IMG/VR virus record: IMGVR_UViG_2737471827_000006
Coordinates: 1 to 42,725 of that record
From: a virus
Taxonomy: Duplodnaviria > Heunggongvirae > Uroviricota > Caudoviricetes
Direction: 5' to 3' (one strand)
DNA: 42,725 nucleotides
Both the position numbers and the translations under genes were made by a program. Below the pieces are notes generated by a model that was not told the origin of the DNA, did no database searches, and worked only from the letters and a program-made list of their open reading frames with translations. Positions 28,225 to 37,973 of this stretch are shown here, in pieces; within the stretch, counting starts at the first letter, position 1, and each line of letters starts with the position of its first letter.

Positions 28225-28600
28225 TGTAACAGACGTGCTTTTTGACCCCGATTTTTGCGACTTCAACCTGTGGGTAACGCGTCGCGTGCAAACGGTGGAC
28301 GATGACGGGATCGGCAGTGACAGCGAAGTTAAAACGCAGTTTGCCGGAGTTGTTACCGTTGACCGCTCCCTGGAGAACCGCCGTATGCAGTCCGGGCAAG
28401 TTATCAGTGGCGCGATTCTTATCGTGACAACTGAGCGGCTGACACAGGGGCAGACTGGCCGTGATGCCGATATCGTGACGTATCAGGGCCGTGATTATCG
28501 TGTGACTTTCGTCGACCCGTATACAGCTTATGGGTCCGGATTCGTTCAGGCGCATTGTGAGTTGCTGCCGTTTGATGGGGGAATTCCGGTTGAGCAATAA
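28211..28600 (+). CDS. Hypothetical head-tail adaptor-like protein
   Basis: 129 aa ORF in structural operon. Confidence 0.45.
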   Translation: MPTLDVTDVLFDPDFCDFNLWVTRRVQTVDDDGIGSDSEVKTQFAGVVTVDRSLENRRMQSGQVISGAILIVTTERLTQGQTGRDADIVTYQGRDYRVTFVDPYTAYGSGFVQAHCELLPFDGGIPVEQ

Positions 28601-29138
28601 CACCAGCACAGAGCGCGGATGGCTGATACCAACCAGTGGCGATCCGGATTATGACGAAGCGCTCGACAGGCTGTTAAGCCAGTGGATGCGTAACGTTTCC
28701 GGTCTGTCTGCCGGGATGGTTCGCCCGCGCTGGCAGAAAGAGCAGCCGCCACTGCTACCGGTTGAAACGAACTGGTGTGCGTTTGGGGTTATCGGATGGT
28801 CAGGTGATGACAGTCCGGCATTCACCAGACAGACCGATGATGGCTCTCAGCTCTGTCGGCATGAAACGATTGAGTGTATGGCTTCGTTTTATGGTCCGGC
28901 GGGGATGGTGTATGCGTCCCGGTTTCGTGACGGTATATCTGTACCGCAGAACAACGCAGCACTGAATGCGCTGGGGCTGTCTCTTGGCGATTACACAGGT
29001 CTGACTCCCTTCCCTGAACTTATTAATCAGCAATGGGTCCGCCGCTACGATATGAAGGTGCGTCTGCGCCGGAAGGTTGTGCGCGAGTACGGTATTAAAT
29101 CGCTGGTGGAAGCACCAGTCATCTTTTTCGGAGATTAA
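28575..29138 (+). CDS. Hypothetical structural protein
   Basis: About 187 aa; start uncertain (ATG 28575 or TTG 28590). Confidence 0.4.
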   Translation: MGEFRLSNNTSTERGWLIPTSGDPDYDEALDRLLSQWMRNVSGLSAGMVRPRWQKEQPPLLPVETNWCAFGVIGWSGDDSPAFTRQTDDGSQLCRHETIECMASFYGPAGMVYASRFRDGISVPQNNAALNALGLSLGDYTGLTPFPELINQQWVRRYDMKVRLRRKVVREYGIKSLVEAPVIFFGD

Positions 29139-29141
29139 GCT

Positions 29142-30287
29142 ATGGCACAGGGCTTGCCTGTATCAAACGTTGTTAATGTTGATGTGATCATGTCGCCGCG
29201 TGCAGCATCAGGGCGAAATTTTGGTGCATTACTCATTCTCGGCCCGTCCACAATCATTCCGGTAAGTGAGCGCATTCGCCGTTATTCTGCCGCGGAAGAT
29301 ATTGGAAAAGATTTTGGCGTGGAATCACCAGAATATAAAGCTGCGCAGGTGTTTTTCTCACAATCACCGAAACCTCAGGAGGTTTTTGTTGGTCGTTGGG
29401 TGAAAACGAAGGGAGACAGCGAACAGGCCACGCCTGAGACGCTGGAGCAGGCTGTGAATGCCATGCTTGATTATACTTCATGGTATGGGCTGGGGATTGC
29501 AGACGATGCAGATATTCCGGATGCAGACTGGCTGAAAGTGGCTGCGGCGATCGAATCCTCTTCTGTAAGCCGTATTCTGGCGATTACGACAAGCGATGAA
29601 AAATGCCTGCAGACTGCATCCAGCGATGATTTGGCATCAAAACTGAAAACCGCCGGATATTCACGCAGTTTTATTCAGTATTCATCTGGTAATAAATACG
29701 CTGCGTTATCTGCATTTGGCCGGGCATTCACGGTTAATTTCAATGGCAGTAATACCGCGATTACGCTCAAGTTTAAGCAGGAGCCTGGTGTCGGGTATGA
29801 AACACTGACAGTCAGCCAGGCATCGGCACTTGATGCAAAAAACTGCAATGTGTTCGTGTACTACCAGAATGATACGGCTATCCTCCAGCAGGGAGTGATG
29901 GCTAACGGCGATTTCTTTGATGAACGCCACGGCCTGGACTGGTTACAGAATTATGTGCAGACCAACCTCTATAACCTGCTTTATACCAGCACCACGAAGG
30001 TTCCCCAGACTGAAGCCGGTATTACCCGACTGTTATCAAATGTTGAAAAATCACTGGATCAGGCCGTTCAGAATGGACTGATTGCTCCGGGCGTATGGAA
30101 CGGGGGCGACCTTGGTCAGTTGTCATCAGGTGACACACTGCCCAAAGGTTATTACGTATACGCCCAGCCGCTGGATGAACAGGCACAATCAGAACGTGAA
30201 GCCCGTAAGGCTCCGGTGATTCAGGCTGCAATAAAACTTGCAGGCGCGGTTCATTACGCTGACGTACAGATTAACGTTGTTCGCTAA
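29142..30287 (+). CDS. Putative tail sheath protein
   Basis: 381 aa directly upstream of a 146-aa tube-like gene, a frameshifted chaperone and the tape measure gene; assignment by synteny. Confidence 0.5.
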   Translation: MAQGLPVSNVVNVDVIMSPRAASGRNFGALLILGPSTIIPVSERIRRYSAAEDIGKDFGVESPEYKAAQVFFSQSPKPQEVFVGRWVKTKGDSEQATPETLEQAVNAMLDYTSWYGLGIADDADIPDADWLKVAAAIESSSVSRILAITTSDEKCLQTASSDDLASKLKTAGYSRSFIQYSSGNKYAALSAFGRAFTVNFNGSNTAITLKFKQEPGVGYETLTVSQASALDAKNCNVFVYYQNDTAILQQGVMANGDFFDERHGLDWLQNYVQTNLYNLLYTSTTKVPQTEAGITRLLSNVEKSLDQAVQNGLIAPGVWNGGDLGQLSSGDTLPKGYYVYAQPLDEQAQSEREARKAPVIQAAIKLAGAVHYADVQINVVR

Positions 30288-30297
30288 GGGGAAGTGA

Positions 30298-30738
30298 ATG
30301 TCTACCTATTCTTTTATGGATGTCACTGCGACGCTGACCGGGCCGACCGGTTCGATTGACCTCGGGTACGGTTCTGCAAGTTCTGAAGAGGGGATTGTGG
30401 TTGCGATGGGCGGTCCTAAAAACACCATGACCATCGGTTCTGATGGCGAAGTGATGCACAGTCTCCATGCAGATAAAAGCGGGACGATTACCGTTAACCT
30501 TCTGAAGACATCACCGACAAATAAAAAATTGTCGCTGGCGTATAACGCACAGAGCCAGTCTTCTGCCACATGGGGGAATAACGTTATTGTGATCCGAAAC
30601 AAGGTCAGCGGCGACATCATCACGGCACGTAGTGTTGCGTTCCAGAAACAACCGGATAATGCCAACGCTAAAACCGGTAATACGATGCCGTGGGTGTTTG
30701 ACTGCGGCAAGATTGACCAGGTTCTCGGGGAGTTTTAA
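30298..30738 (+). CDS. Putative tail tube protein
   Basis: 146 aa following the sheath-like gene. Confidence 0.5.
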   Translation: MSTYSFMDVTATLTGPTGSIDLGYGSASSEEGIVVAMGGPKNTMTIGSDGEVMHSLHADKSGTITVNLLKTSPTNKKLSLAYNAQSQSSATWGNNVIVIRNKVSGDIITARSVAFQKQPDNANAKTGNTMPWVFDCGKIDQVLGEF

Positions 30739-30741
30739 TAC

Positions 30742-31194
30742 ATGGAATTCGAAATCAAAGGCGTGAAATATCGCGCGGCAAAACTCAGCGTTTTTGATCA
30801 GCTGAAAGTGACCCGCAAACTTCTGCCGGTGCTGGCAGGAATGATGTCAGATTTCGGGAGCATTCGCTCCCGTTTGCCTGCTGATGGCAAAATCGACACC
30901 GTGAAATTCGAGCAGTTAAAACCGGTGTTTGAAACCATGCTCCCGCGTATCGCTGAGGAACTGTCTTCCCTGACCGAAGATGACACCAGTGCGATTATTC
31001 ATCCCTGTCTTGCGGTGGTATCGCGGCGTCATATGGACGGATGGGTTCCGGTATTTACCCAGGGCGAACTGATGTTTGATGATATTGACTTGCTGGTCAT
31101 GCTGCATCTGGTGGCGCGGGTGGTCGCCGATTCGCTGGGAAATTTTTTGCCTACACCCCTTACCAGCACGACGCAGAGCCTGCAACAGGGCTGA
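30742..31194 (+). CDS. Tail assembly chaperone (short form)
   Basis: 150 aa directly upstream of the tape measure gene; T-TTT-TTG slippery heptamer at 31143-31149. Confidence 0.6.
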   Translation: MEFEIKGVKYRAAKLSVFDQLKVTRKLLPVLAGMMSDFGSIRSRLPADGKIDTVKFEQLKPVFETMLPRIAEELSSLTEDDTSAIIHPCLAVVSRRHMDGWVPVFTQGELMFDDIDLLVMLHLVARVVADSLGNFLPTPLTSTTQSLQQG

Positions 31195-31382
31195 CGTTTA
31201 ACAGCCTGCCGGACGGGCTGTCTTACCTTCTCAATCCGGTTGACGCCGGGTTAATTCCTTATACAGCACTTAAAGATGGCTCTGTCGATTTGTACGACAT
31301 TGCTCTCTTGAATGACCATCTGGCGGTAAAAGCGGATAACCAGCGGCGCATTGAGAAATGGAGAGAGGATAATGAACGCTGA
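31146..31382 (+). CDS. -1 frameshift extension of the tail assembly chaperone
   Basis: Stop-free -1 frame for 78 codons from the slippery site to a TGA overlapping the tape-measure ATG; no start codon of its own. Confidence 0.5.
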   Translation, partial: FAYTPYQHDAEPATGLTFNSLPDGLSYLLNPVDAGLIPYTALKDGSVDLYDIALLNDHLAVKADNQRRIEKWREDNER

Positions 31383-33360
31383 AACTATTAAAGATTTCCT
31401 CGTCTCGCTTGGCTTCAGTGTGGATGAGGCAGGAGCGAAAAAGTTCGGTTCTGTCCTCTCCGGTACAACTGCAAATGTCATCAAAATGGGGCTGTCTGTT
31501 GAAGGAGCTGCACTGTCCGTGGTGGCCTTCACGGCTAAGATCGCCTCCGGCCTGGATAATCTTTACTGGGCGTCACAGCGCACCGGCGCGACAGTCCAGG
31601 GAATTCAGTCTATTGGCTATGCGGTTTCGCAGGTTGGCGGCAGCGTGGACGCGGCGCGAACCTCTCTGGAAAGCCTCTCCCGGTTTATTCGTAACAATCC
31701 CGGTGCAGAAGGCTTTCTGAATCGCCTGGGCGTACAGACCCGTGACGCCAGCGGCAACATGCGCGACATGGCCGCTATCTTTACGGGTGTCGGACAGAAG
31801 CTCAGCAGCATGCCGTATTACCGGGCTAACCAGTATGCGCAGATGCTTGGCATTGACGAAAATACCCTCATGGCGATGCGCCGGGGTGTGGGTGATTTCT
31901 CCGGGCAGTACAGCGCAATGGCGAAAGCTATCGGCTTCAATGCTGACGAGGCGGCCAGAAGCTCCAACAAATTTATGACCTCCCTGCGTGAGTTTGGCGC
32001 GATGGCAGGCATGGCCCGTGACAAAATCGGCTCTAATCTTGCGGGTGGGCTTGCGGGTTCGCTGGACACTCTGCGCCGCCATATCCTGGACAACTTCCCG
32101 CGCATCGAGCAGACCCTGACGAAAGCCATAAAAGGCATTCTGGCGCTCGGGGATATTATCGGGCGGCTGTTCTTCAGACTGATTGAAGGAACATCAGGCC
32201 TCATCACCTGGTGGCAATCGCTGGATAAGCAAACGCGGGAGCTCATCTCGCTGTTTGGCGCGCTGACGATTGCGCTGCGCATTCTGAACAGTACGTTCTG
32301 GATGTCGCCGATTGGCCTCATTAGCGCGCTGGCGGCGGGGATTGCCCTTCTGTGGGAGGACTATCAGACCTGGAAGGAAGGCGGCGACAGCCTGATTGAC
32401 TGGGGCAAGTGGAAGCCGGAGGTCGATGCCGCGCTGAAGATGGTTCGTGACCTGAAATGGTCTGTTAATGAACTGGCGAAAGCGCTGGCGAAACTGCTCA
32501 ATATTGACCCCAAATCATGGTCCCTGAAGTGGGATTTCAGCAACTTCATCGACCAGATGGGCGAATTCAGCAAAATGCTGAACATGATCGCCGACCTGCT
32601 CAACGCTATCAAAGATGGCCGCTGGGCTGATGCCGTCAGCATCGGCAAACAGATACTTAATCAGGGCAGCGAAAATCCGTCAGCGATGCCGATGGTTACA
32701 GACAGCGCTAACAGTACTGCCGACTGGATTAAAGAGCACTGGGGATTTGATCCCCGCAGTGTGGGCCGGACGGTACGCGGCTGGTTTGGTGATGATGAGC
32801 CGGAACAACATGCACAGGCTACGAAACGAGGAGAACGGAATAACAATCCGGGAAACCTTAATTTTGCTGGTCAGGCAGGGGCTTCTCTTGAACGCCCGGG
32901 CGGGCGATTTGCCAGATTTGAAACTGCCTTTGATGGATTACGGGCTCTTGCTCGTCAGTTAATGCTGTACGCCGGACGGGGAATAAACAGTGTGGAGAAA
33001 ATTATCTCTACCTGGGCACCTGCGTCTGATAATAACAACACAACTGCGTATATCAGGGCTGTATCGCAACGACTGGGAGTGGATCCCCGGGCTGCCCTGA
33101 ATATGAGCGATCCGCAAACCATGTCAGCATTGATGAGCAGCATTATCCAGCATGAGAATGGAAGAAATATCTATTCTCGAGAGCTGATTAATAAGGCTGC
33201 CGTGGCGGGAATTAGTGGCAAAATGACAGAGGTTAACCAGCAAAATACTTACCACATTTACGGTGGCGGAGATCCGCACGCTGTCGGTAATGAGGTTGCA
33301 CGTCGGCAACAGTCTGCAAATGCTCAGGTCATGCGAAGTAATCAGGTGAGGGTGGGTTAG
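31372..33360 (+). CDS. Tail tape measure protein
   Basis: 662 aa from ATG at 31372 (GAGAGAGG RBS); Ala/Gly-rich helical repeats and predicted TM-like segment. Confidence 0.85.
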   Translation: MNAETIKDFLVSLGFSVDEAGAKKFGSVLSGTTANVIKMGLSVEGAALSVVAFTAKIASGLDNLYWASQRTGATVQGIQSIGYAVSQVGGSVDAARTSLESLSRFIRNNPGAEGFLNRLGVQTRDASGNMRDMAAIFTGVGQKLSSMPYYRANQYAQMLGIDENTLMAMRRGVGDFSGQYSAMAKAIGFNADEAARSSNKFMTSLREFGAMAGMARDKIGSNLAGGLAGSLDTLRRHILDNFPRIEQTLTKAIKGILALGDIIGRLFFRLIEGTSGLITWWQSLDKQTRELISLFGALTIALRILNSTFWMSPIGLISALAAGIALLWEDYQTWKEGGDSLIDWGKWKPEVDAALKMVRDLKWSVNELAKALAKLLNIDPKSWSLKWDFSNFIDQMGEFSKMLNMIADLLNAIKDGRWADAVSIGKQILNQGSENPSAMPMVTDSANSTADWIKEHWGFDPRSVGRTVRGWFGDDEPEQHAQATKRGERNNNPGNLNFAGQAGASLERPGGRFARFETAFDGLRALARQLMLYAGRGINSVEKIISTWAPASDNNNTTAYIRAVSQRLGVDPRAALNMSDPQTMSALMSSIIQHENGRNIYSRELINKAAVAGISGKMTEVNQQNTYHIYGGGDPHAVGNEVARRQQSANAQVMRSNQVRVG

Positions 33361-33947
33361 TGGATATTCTCTCTACACTTTTTCATCAGCAGAGCAGAAA
33401 AATAGGAATGATTGTTCCCAGTGTTGTTATTTCAGAGAAGCATACAGATATGCTTGAAATAACAGAGCATCCGGTAGAGGTTGGGGCCGCTGTCGCTGAT
33501 CATGCCTATAAAAAACCGTCAGAAGTGGTGATGGAGGTTGGTTTCGCCGGTGGCGGCGCATTGCTGGATTTTGCCAGTAATCTGACGGCTACCAGCCTGC
33601 TCGGCCTGAGTCCTCAGCAGACGTATCAGGAGCTACTGGATCTGCAGGAAAGCCGTATCCCCTTCGATGTGGTAACCGGTAAACGGCTGTACAGCAACAT
33701 GTTGATCCGGGCGCTGGAAGTGACGACGGACAAGACAACCGAAAACGTCCTGTCCGCCGTCCTCACCCTGAGGGAGGTCATTATCTCCCGGACACAGCAG
33801 ATTACCGTCGCGGATAAAACCAACATGAAGGAAGGGGCCAGCACGTCGGCGGTACAGAACAGCGGCAACAAAACCACAAAGCCTCCAGATACTTCACTGC
33901 TGAAAAGCATCACTGGTAACGTGGCGTCATTACTGGGAGGCGGCTAA
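33360..33947 (+). CDS. Hypothetical tail/baseplate protein
   Basis: 195 aa; GTG start overlapping the TMP stop. Confidence 0.45.
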   Translation: MDILSTLFHQQSRKIGMIVPSVVISEKHTDMLEITEHPVEVGAAVADHAYKKPSEVVMEVGFAGGGALLDFASNLTATSLLGLSPQQTYQELLDLQESRIPFDVVTGKRLYSNMLIRALEVTTDKTTENVLSAVLTLREVIISRTQQITVADKTNMKEGASTSAVQNSGNKTTKPPDTSLLKSITGNVASLLGGG

Positions 33948-34249
33948 TGATAATTCAGGAAATTCCGCTGACAGCGGACAACCAGCAGTTCAGCATCGTC
34001 CTGGGTGGTGTCACTTGGCAGATTAGCATCATATGGCGCGATCTTTACTGGATTATGGACCTGCAGAACGACAGAGGGGAGCCGGTAATCTCCGGTATTC
34101 CTCTCGTCACTGGCGCTGATCTGCTGGCGCAGTACGCCTGTATGGGGCTTGGTTTTAAGCTGGTGGTGGTCTGCGATGACAACACACAGGATTATCCCTC
34201 GAAAACTGATCTGGGTGGCCGCAGTCATTTACTGGTATCAACGGAGTAA
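33947..34249 (+). CDS. Hypothetical tail/baseplate protein
   Basis: 100 aa; ATGA coupling. Confidence 0.45.
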   Translation: MIIQEIPLTADNQQFSIVLGGVTWQISIIWRDLYWIMDLQNDRGEPVISGIPLVTGADLLAQYACMGLGFKLVVVCDDNTQDYPSKTDLGGRSHLLVSTE

Positions 34250-34251
34250 GC

Positions 34252-35316
34252 ATGTCACAGAACTGGATGAGACATTTCGAGCTGCAGCTTGTGGACGGGA
34301 ACGGTCAGGGAATTGAGCTAAGTGATTTCAAAGTCACCTTTACGATCGACTGGTTCAACATCAGCAGCGCGTCCCGGGTAGGGACTATCAAAATTTATAA
34401 CCTTTCGGCAGATACTGTGAACCGAATTACCGGGCAGGAGTTTTCGAAAGTGCGGCTGATTGCCGGTTACGACGGTATCGCGCCGGAGGTGGCGGCAAGC
34501 GACGTCGGGACCGTGCGCGAAGTCGACGCGGCAGATGTGGGCCAGAGTGATGGCCGCAATTACGGGCTGATTTTCAGCGGAGAAATTCGCTACTCGGTCA
34601 CAGGAAAAGACAGCCCTATTGATTCCTATGTCCTGATTCAGGCAGCAGATACGGATCTGGCATTTGCCACCAGTATAACCTCACAGACGCTGGCTGCCGG
34701 TTACACGGTCGCAGATGTGAACCGTGCGCTGATGAAAGACTTTGAGGCCAAAGGCGCGGCCGAAGGACTGACGCCTGAAATGCCTGCTACCGTATACCCT
34801 CGAGGGCGGGTGCTGTTCGGCATGACACGGCATCTTATGGATAACGTGGCCGGACAATGTGGCGCAACATGGCAATTTGTGGACGGTCAGCGACAGATGG
34901 TGGCGAATAACGAGTATGTTCACGACGCGATTGTGCTCAACAGCGCCACCGGGCTTATCGGCATGCCGCAGCAGACTATCGGTAACGGCGTAAACGTCCG
35001 CGCTCTTATTAATCCGAACATCCGGGTTAACGGGCTTATTCAGCTGGATCAGGCTTCCGTGTACCGCACCGCGCTGTCGAACAATGATATCGCGAAGGCT
35101 GGTGGGAAGATCACCGACCAGAACACGGACGGAAATATCACGCTAAGCGGCACCACAGCACAACCTGCCAGCATCGCAACGGATGGCGTTTATATTGTGC
35201 GCGGGATTATGTACACTGGCGATACAAGGGGCCAGGCGTGGTACATGGATATGATGTGCGAAGCGCGTGGCGCGCAGGATATGCCATCGAGTACAGCATT
35301 GCAGAGGGGGTTATAG
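34252..35316 (+). CDS. Putative baseplate hub-like protein
   Basis: 354 aa between TMP-proximal genes and baseplate V; assignment by position. Confidence 0.45.
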   Translation: MSQNWMRHFELQLVDGNGQGIELSDFKVTFTIDWFNISSASRVGTIKIYNLSADTVNRITGQEFSKVRLIAGYDGIAPEVAASDVGTVREVDAADVGQSDGRNYGLIFSGEIRYSVTGKDSPIDSYVLIQAADTDLAFATSITSQTLAAGYTVADVNRALMKDFEAKGAAEGLTPEMPATVYPRGRVLFGMTRHLMDNVAGQCGATWQFVDGQRQMVANNEYVHDAIVLNSATGLIGMPQQTIGNGVNVRALINPNIRVNGLIQLDQASVYRTALSNNDIAKAGGKITDQNTDGNITLSGTTAQPASIATDGVYIVRGIMYTGDTRGQAWYMDMMCEARGAQDMPSSTALQRGL

Positions 35317-35318
35317 AA

Positions 35319-35666
35319 ATGAAACGATGGATTTTTTCATTGCTGGCGTTAGCGTCTGTTGGCGCAAGTGCAAACACCATAACGATGCAATGTGGTAACT
35401 TTCGTATGGACGCAATCCCTGACTCATTGTTTAAAATCAATGGCGAAACCGTAACATCCCAAAAAGTTAAGATGCTGGGCAAAGACGGTACAGGCATGCA
35501 GATCAAAATGGGACTGATGCCTGCTAAAGATGGCAACAACTATGGGTTTGAGTATATCCATCGTCCGGGTACCGAAACGCGTTTCCTGAACGTCCAGCTT
35601 CTGCAGAACAGCATGGATGCACCGAAAATCATCGGATCTTTCCCGTGTAAAAAGGTTGATGGTTAA
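35319..35666 (+). CDS. Small secreted protein with signal peptide (accessory gene)
   Basis: 115 aa from ATG at 35319 (GAGGGGG RBS); N-terminus MKRWIFSLLALASVGASA is a classic Sec signal with AxA cleavage site; two Cys in the mature part. Confidence 0.6.
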   Translation: MKRWIFSLLALASVGASANTITMQCGNFRMDAIPDSLFKINGETVTSQKVKMLGKDGTGMQIKMGLMPAKDGNNYGFEYIHRPGTETRFLNVQLLQNSMDAPKIIGSFPCKKVDG

Positions 35667-35779
35667 CCCAAAGTTACATTTCTGCATAGTGTTGAGTTTG
35701 TTCACATTCACTAAATAATGATTTTTTATCGCTTGCTAGGTGGTTGCATGATCACTAAACTTTGCGAACTTTTAGCGCT

Positions 35780-35808
35780 CAGCTAACTTTGAATAAGTGG
35801 TGTATAGT
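35780..35808 (+). promoter_or_regulatory. Candidate promoter for the two-gene accessory operon
   Basis: TG-adjacent -10 TATAGT in an AT-rich 160-bp intergenic region; weak -35; about 25 nt upstream of the RBS. Confidence 0.3.
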
Positions 35809-35834
35809 CGTTTAAAACGACAGAGGGATTGGGT

Positions 35835-36407
35835 ATGGCGATTAGCTACGCATTTGCGCTGGCAACAATTACACAACAAATGAATCAGGTTCAGGAAGCT
35901 GTTAACGGTGCTTTCAAACCCCTGATCTCTAATGCTTGTGAACTGCCACAACGATTAGATGCTGAAGAGGTATTTCGTCGTTGTACCGCGATTGCTGCAC
36001 GCGCTCAAGAAATCGAAAATACCGCGAAGGAAGGCATGTCTCATCTCGAAGCTTTTCGAAATGGGAGAATCATTGTTGATGAGCTTCCGGAAGAGTTTTT
36101 ATCCCATCTCGAAGGTCTTGCCAAGGCATGCCGAAATGCTAAAGGACATTTAGTGGATATGTTCTCTGAAGCGGAAAGGTCCCCTATGTGGCAAGGCCAT
36201 CTGCAAATGTTGCGCCCATTAAAACGCAAATATGTTCGTGCGTTGACCGCCGTCGAGAACACTGCAACTCAGTTGGCCGCTGAAGTTAGGCAATCGCAGC
36301 CTTTCCAGGCTGAACTCTTGTCAGATAATGTTACCCGTGAAGAGGCTATTGAACTGATCTCAACATCGCATAAGATGCTGGGAGCCAACGCCCATAAATG
36401 GATGTGA
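35835..36407 (+). CDS. Hypothetical protein A of accessory two-gene operon
   Basis: 190 aa from ATG at 35835 (GAGGG 7 nt upstream); predicted largely helical; no recognisable family; lower GC than flanking tail genes. Confidence 0.6.
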   Translation: MAISYAFALATITQQMNQVQEAVNGAFKPLISNACELPQRLDAEEVFRRCTAIAARAQEIENTAKEGMSHLEAFRNGRIIVDELPEEFLSHLEGLAKACRNAKGHLVDMFSEAERSPMWQGHLQMLRPLKRKYVRALTAVENTATQLAAEVRQSQPFQAELLSDNVTREEAIELISTSHKMLGANAHKWM

Positions 36408-36408
36408 C

Positions 36409-36825
36409 ATGGCAAAAGTCAGTATCACGGGAGAATTGCGTCATTTAGCTGCAGCACATAAGTATGCTCAAATGCTTGCCGATTATATTTCAAAGGGTTC
36501 CCAGTTCTGGTGTTTTGGTTCGTTAGGCGGTTTTGAACGTAACTATGATGCGATGGCTGCCAACATCAGGAAAATTCACTTAAAGCTACCTGGCGATAAA
36601 CCCTGGCCTCCAGAAGCATCTCTGAGTGAACGGACATGTGATAATTTTTTGGTATATGCTCAGCATCTTTATATCGATGAACACTATCAGATATTGGCAA
36701 TCATCAGCCCAAACGCTCATCAGCAAGCTGATTCGATGCTTCCCCGGCTGATAAAATTAGCAGAGGAAACCTTCATAGAACTTCCTCCTGATGAACTCGA
36801 AAAATTGAAAACCTACGATTCATAA
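36409..36825 (+). CDS. Hypothetical protein B of accessory two-gene operon
   Basis: 138 aa; start 1 nt after the stop of gene A; followed directly by a strong terminator. Confidence 0.6.
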   Translation: MAKVSITGELRHLAAAHKYAQMLADYISKGSQFWCFGSLGGFERNYDAMAANIRKIHLKLPGDKPWPPEASLSERTCDNFLVYAQHLYIDEHYQILAIISPNAHQQADSMLPRLIKLAEETFIELPPDELEKLKTYDS

Positions 36826-36826
36826 A

Positions 36827-36848
36827 CCCGCCACCCGGCGGGTTTTTT
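36827..36848 (+). terminator. Intrinsic terminator closing the accessory operon
   Basis: Perfect 6-bp GC stem CCCGCC/GGCGGG, 4-nt loop, six T. Confidence 0.8.
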
Positions 36849-36867
36849 GCTTTCTGGAGCCTACTAA

Positions 36868-37620
36868 ATGGCAGTATCTGACCAGACCCGCAGCGGCGAC
36901 CTTGCCGAAACATTCAAATCTGAACGGGAAACAACAAAGAATCAGATCCGTGTCGCCTTGCCTGGCATTATTCAGTCATTCGATCCTGATGCGGTGACGG
37001 CGGTTGTGCAGCCTGCTATCCGTTCGGTTGAAAAGGATAATGACGGCAACCGCATTACCAAAAATTACCCATTGTTGGTGGATGTTCCAGTGGTATTCCC
37101 ACGTGGCGGAGGATGTACGCTAACGTTTCCGATTAAAGCCGGGGATGAGTGTCTTGTCGTTTTTGCCGATCGTTGTATTGATTTCTGGTGGCAGAGCGGC
37201 GGAATACAGGAACCGGTCGATGACAGAATGCATGATTTATCGGATGCGTTTTGTATTGTAGGCCCCCAGTCGCAGGCGAGGAAGATTAGCGGCATTAATA
37301 CCAGTGCCACACAGTTGCGTAGTGACGATGGCAGCACCTATTTTGAGCTTAATCCTGATACCAGGAAAATTAAAATTGTCGCTCCGGGTGGTCTTGATGT
37401 GGTTGCCCCTCTGGCTGATTTTTCTGAGAAAGTAACCATTCATGGCCTGTTAACCTGGATGGGGGGCATGGTGGGGTCTGTTGTTTCTGGTGTGGCTTCA
37501 AAAATCACTGGTGTTGTTGAGTTTTTGGGTAGCGTGAAGGCTAACGGCAAGCCAATCGATGATACGCACACTCATGGCGGTGTTCAGCGCGGTGGAAGCA
37601 ATACCGATGGGGTAAACTGA
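36868..37620 (+). CDS. Baseplate assembly protein V (spike)
   Basis: 250 aa; resembles P2 gpV / Mu gp45-type baseplate spike proteins. Confidence 0.65.
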   Translation: MAVSDQTRSGDLAETFKSERETTKNQIRVALPGIIQSFDPDAVTAVVQPAIRSVEKDNDGNRITKNYPLLVDVPVVFPRGGGCTLTFPIKAGDECLVVFADRCIDFWWQSGGIQEPVDDRMHDLSDAFCIVGPQSQARKISGINTSATQLRSDDGSTYFELNPDTRKIKIVAPGGLDVVAPLADFSEKVTIHGLLTWMGGMVGSVVSGVASKITGVVEFLGSVKANGKPIDDTHTHGGVQRGGSNTDGVN

Positions 37621-37973
37621 TGCGATACAGACGTGAAGACGCCGATGGCGATTACACCTTTGGCAGCGGTGATGACACCTGGCTGATTAACTCACCGGAG
37701 GCCGTGGCGCAGGCGGTAAAAACGCGATTCGAATTGTGGTATGGGCAATGGTTTCTCGATACCACCGAAGGGACTCCGTGGATCCAGTCCGTACTCGGTA
37801 AGCAGAAGCCGGAAACCTACAACCTGGCGATCCGTAAGCGCATCCTCGAAACGCGGGGCGTTAAATCAATCCTCTCTTTCAATACGACGGTGGATACCAC
37901 GACCCGACGTGTCATGTTTTCCGCTGAAATCGACACTCTTTATGGAATAACGACTGTTACATCGGAGGCGTAA
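37620..37973 (+). CDS. Baseplate protein (gpW-like)
   Basis: 117 aa between V-like and J-like genes; assignment by synteny. Confidence 0.45.
   Translation: MRYRREDADGDYTFGSGDDTWLINSPEAVAQAVKTRFELWYGQWFLDTTEGTPWIQSVLGKQKPETYNLAIRKRILETRGVKSILSFNTTVDTTTRRVMFSAEIDTLYGITTVTSEA

Noticed and set aside
31573-33143. Antisense ORFs inside the tape measure gene (for example 31573..32082, 31818..32321)
   Set aside because: Embedded in the long tape measure ORF with low-complexity composition; no independent signals.
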